DNA from: a virus | Lineage: Duplodnaviria; Caudoviricetes | Reading direction: 5' to 3' (one strand) | Virus record (IMG/VR): IMGVR_UViG_3300031965_000090 | Location: 1-36,519 of that record | Length of the DNA: 36,519 nt | Shown here: positions 35,655 through 36,519 of the stretch, piece by piece | Layout: each line of letters begins with the position of its first letter | Position numbering within the stretch: the first letter of the stretch is position 1 | Translations under genes and position numbers: made by a program | The notes under the pieces: model-generated | What the model was told of the DNA's origin: nothing | Databases searched by the model: none | The model's input: only the letters and a program-made list of their open reading frames with translations

Positions 35655-35881
35655 TAATCGCTCCACGAATCCTCAAGCATTTTCTTATAACTTCGGTCGT
35701 TATGCTCTCGACGCGACAAATTATCAAAATCATGGCGCTCAATAAAGCTCTTGATATGCTGTATTTTGCCGCCCCTGGCTAAGAACTCTTCAACGGTTTC
35801 CTGGTCAGATTTCTGCTCTTTTTTGGCCGCTCTTAATAAATCAGAGCGGTGATTGATTAAGTCAGATTTACTTACTTGCAT
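35654..35881 (-). CDS. hypothetical protein
   Basis: AAGGAG SD; VEEFLARGGKIQ motif. Confidence 0.75.
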   Translation of the reverse strand: MQVSKSDLINHRSDLLRAAKKEQKSDQETVEEFLARGGKIQHIKSFIERHDFDNLSRREHNDRSYKKMLEDSWSD

Positions 35882-36038
35882 TATTTTTTAGCTCCTTGAG
35901 ATACGCGTCTCTGATTAGTTCGGCCAAAACCCCTTTTAATGTGTGCAGCGGATGACCATCCAGCTTTCGATAATGTATTAAATAACCTAGTTGATCTCGC
36001 GTTTGTCGTGTGATCTGAACAGTAAATTGCTTATCCAT
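35868..36038 (-). CDS. 56-aa ribbon-helix-helix-like regulator (not in ORF track)
   Basis: MDKQFTVQITRQTRDQLGYLIHYRKLDGHPLHTLKGVLAELIRDAYLKELKNNASK; GGGGA SD; first gene after the leftward promoter. Confidence 0.6.
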   Translation of the reverse strand: MDKQFTVQITRQTRDQLGYLIHYRKLDGHPLHTLKGVLAELIRDAYLKELKNNASK

Positions 36039-36069
36039 TTATTTCCCCGATTTTTTATGTGTCAAGCTT

Positions 36070-36162
36070 TAATTTAGCATTATTAAAGTATAATGTAAAG
36101 TTTTAGTATATTTAAAATAAACATTAATTAAAGTTGCATTTGCTGAATTTTTGGTTTATCTT
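36070..36162. promoter_or_regulatory. divergent early promoter pair
   Basis: Minus strand TTTACA-17-TAAATT (about 36099-36071); plus strand TTGCAT-17-TATCTT (36134-36162). Confidence 0.65.
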
Positions 36163-36210
36163 TGATCATGAAAAGCAATTAAATAAATTAATTAACTGAG
36201 GATTAAATAA

Positions 36211-36519
36211 GTGAAATTAAAAATACAAATTAAAAATCGTTTTACTGGGAGTGTTATGTTTGAATTTGAATCAGAAAATAACTCGATGAAAAAAACATTG
36301 GAGGCCGCGATAAAAAACGGCTCTGATTTAAGCAACTCTAATTTACGCAACTCTGATTTACGCAACTCTAATTTACGCAACTCTAATTTAAGCAACTCTG
36401 ATTTAAGCAACTCTGATTTAAGCAGCTCTAATTTACGCGGCTCTGATTTACGCAACTCTAATTTAAGCAACTCTAATTTAAGCAACTCTAATTTAAGCAG
36501 CTCTAATTTACGCGGCTCT
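36211..36519 (+). CDS. pentapeptide-repeat protein, N-terminal part (runs off the end, continues at base 2)
   Basis: GTG after AACTGAGG; MKLKIQIKNRFTGSVMFE...EAAIKNG followed by S(D/N)L(S/R)(N/S/G) x13. Confidence 0.9.
   Translation, partial: MKLKIQIKNRFTGSVMFEFESENNSMKKTLEAAIKNGSDLSNSNLRNSDLRNSNLRNSNLSNSDLSNSDLSSSNLRGSDLRNSNLSNSNLSNSNLSSSNLRGS
36322..36519 (+). repeat. 15-nt coding tandem repeat, about 13 copies
   Basis: TCT(G/A)ATTTA(A/C)GC(A/G)(A/G)C units. Confidence 0.95.

Noticed and set aside
36192-36485. Minus-strand ORF with LELRK/SELLK repeats
   Set aside because: Antisense shadow of the pentapeptide repeat gene, which has the RBS and promoter.
36322-36519. Possible CRISPR array or iterons
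   Set aside because: Contiguous in-frame 15-mers without spacers; fully explained as a coding repeat.
1-36519. Alternative genetic code
   Set aside because: Standard-code ORFs tile the genome and conserved genes are uninterrupted.

Overview
This looks like a near-complete, probably circularly closed, AT-rich siphovirus genome, likely infecting a Gram-negative host because it encodes spanins. The two window ends join inside one pentapeptide-repeat gene. The + strand carries an early operon: pentapeptide protein, ERF recombinase, YqaJ exonuclease and small ORFs. The - strand carries an RHH-like regulator, a ~500-nt structured non-coding region, an SF2 helicase, NinB/NinG, a lysis cassette (DUF5675, holin, spanins), terminase, portal, a P22-like capsid, neck and tail genes with a -1 frameshifted tail chaperone, and a 1868-aa tape measure protein. 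I recognised no integrase, CI repressor, initiator, primase, polymerase or SSB. The most unusual signal is RNA-level. It includes a large structured non-coding element in the replication slot, leaders sharing a two-site pairing/terminator architecture, anti-SD leaders (one complementary to the ACTGAGG RBS motif shared by many genes), boxB-like early hairpins and a CCA-ending tRNA-like element. All protein calls come from motif recognition and synteny, and all base pairings were found by eye. No database searches or folding programs were run.
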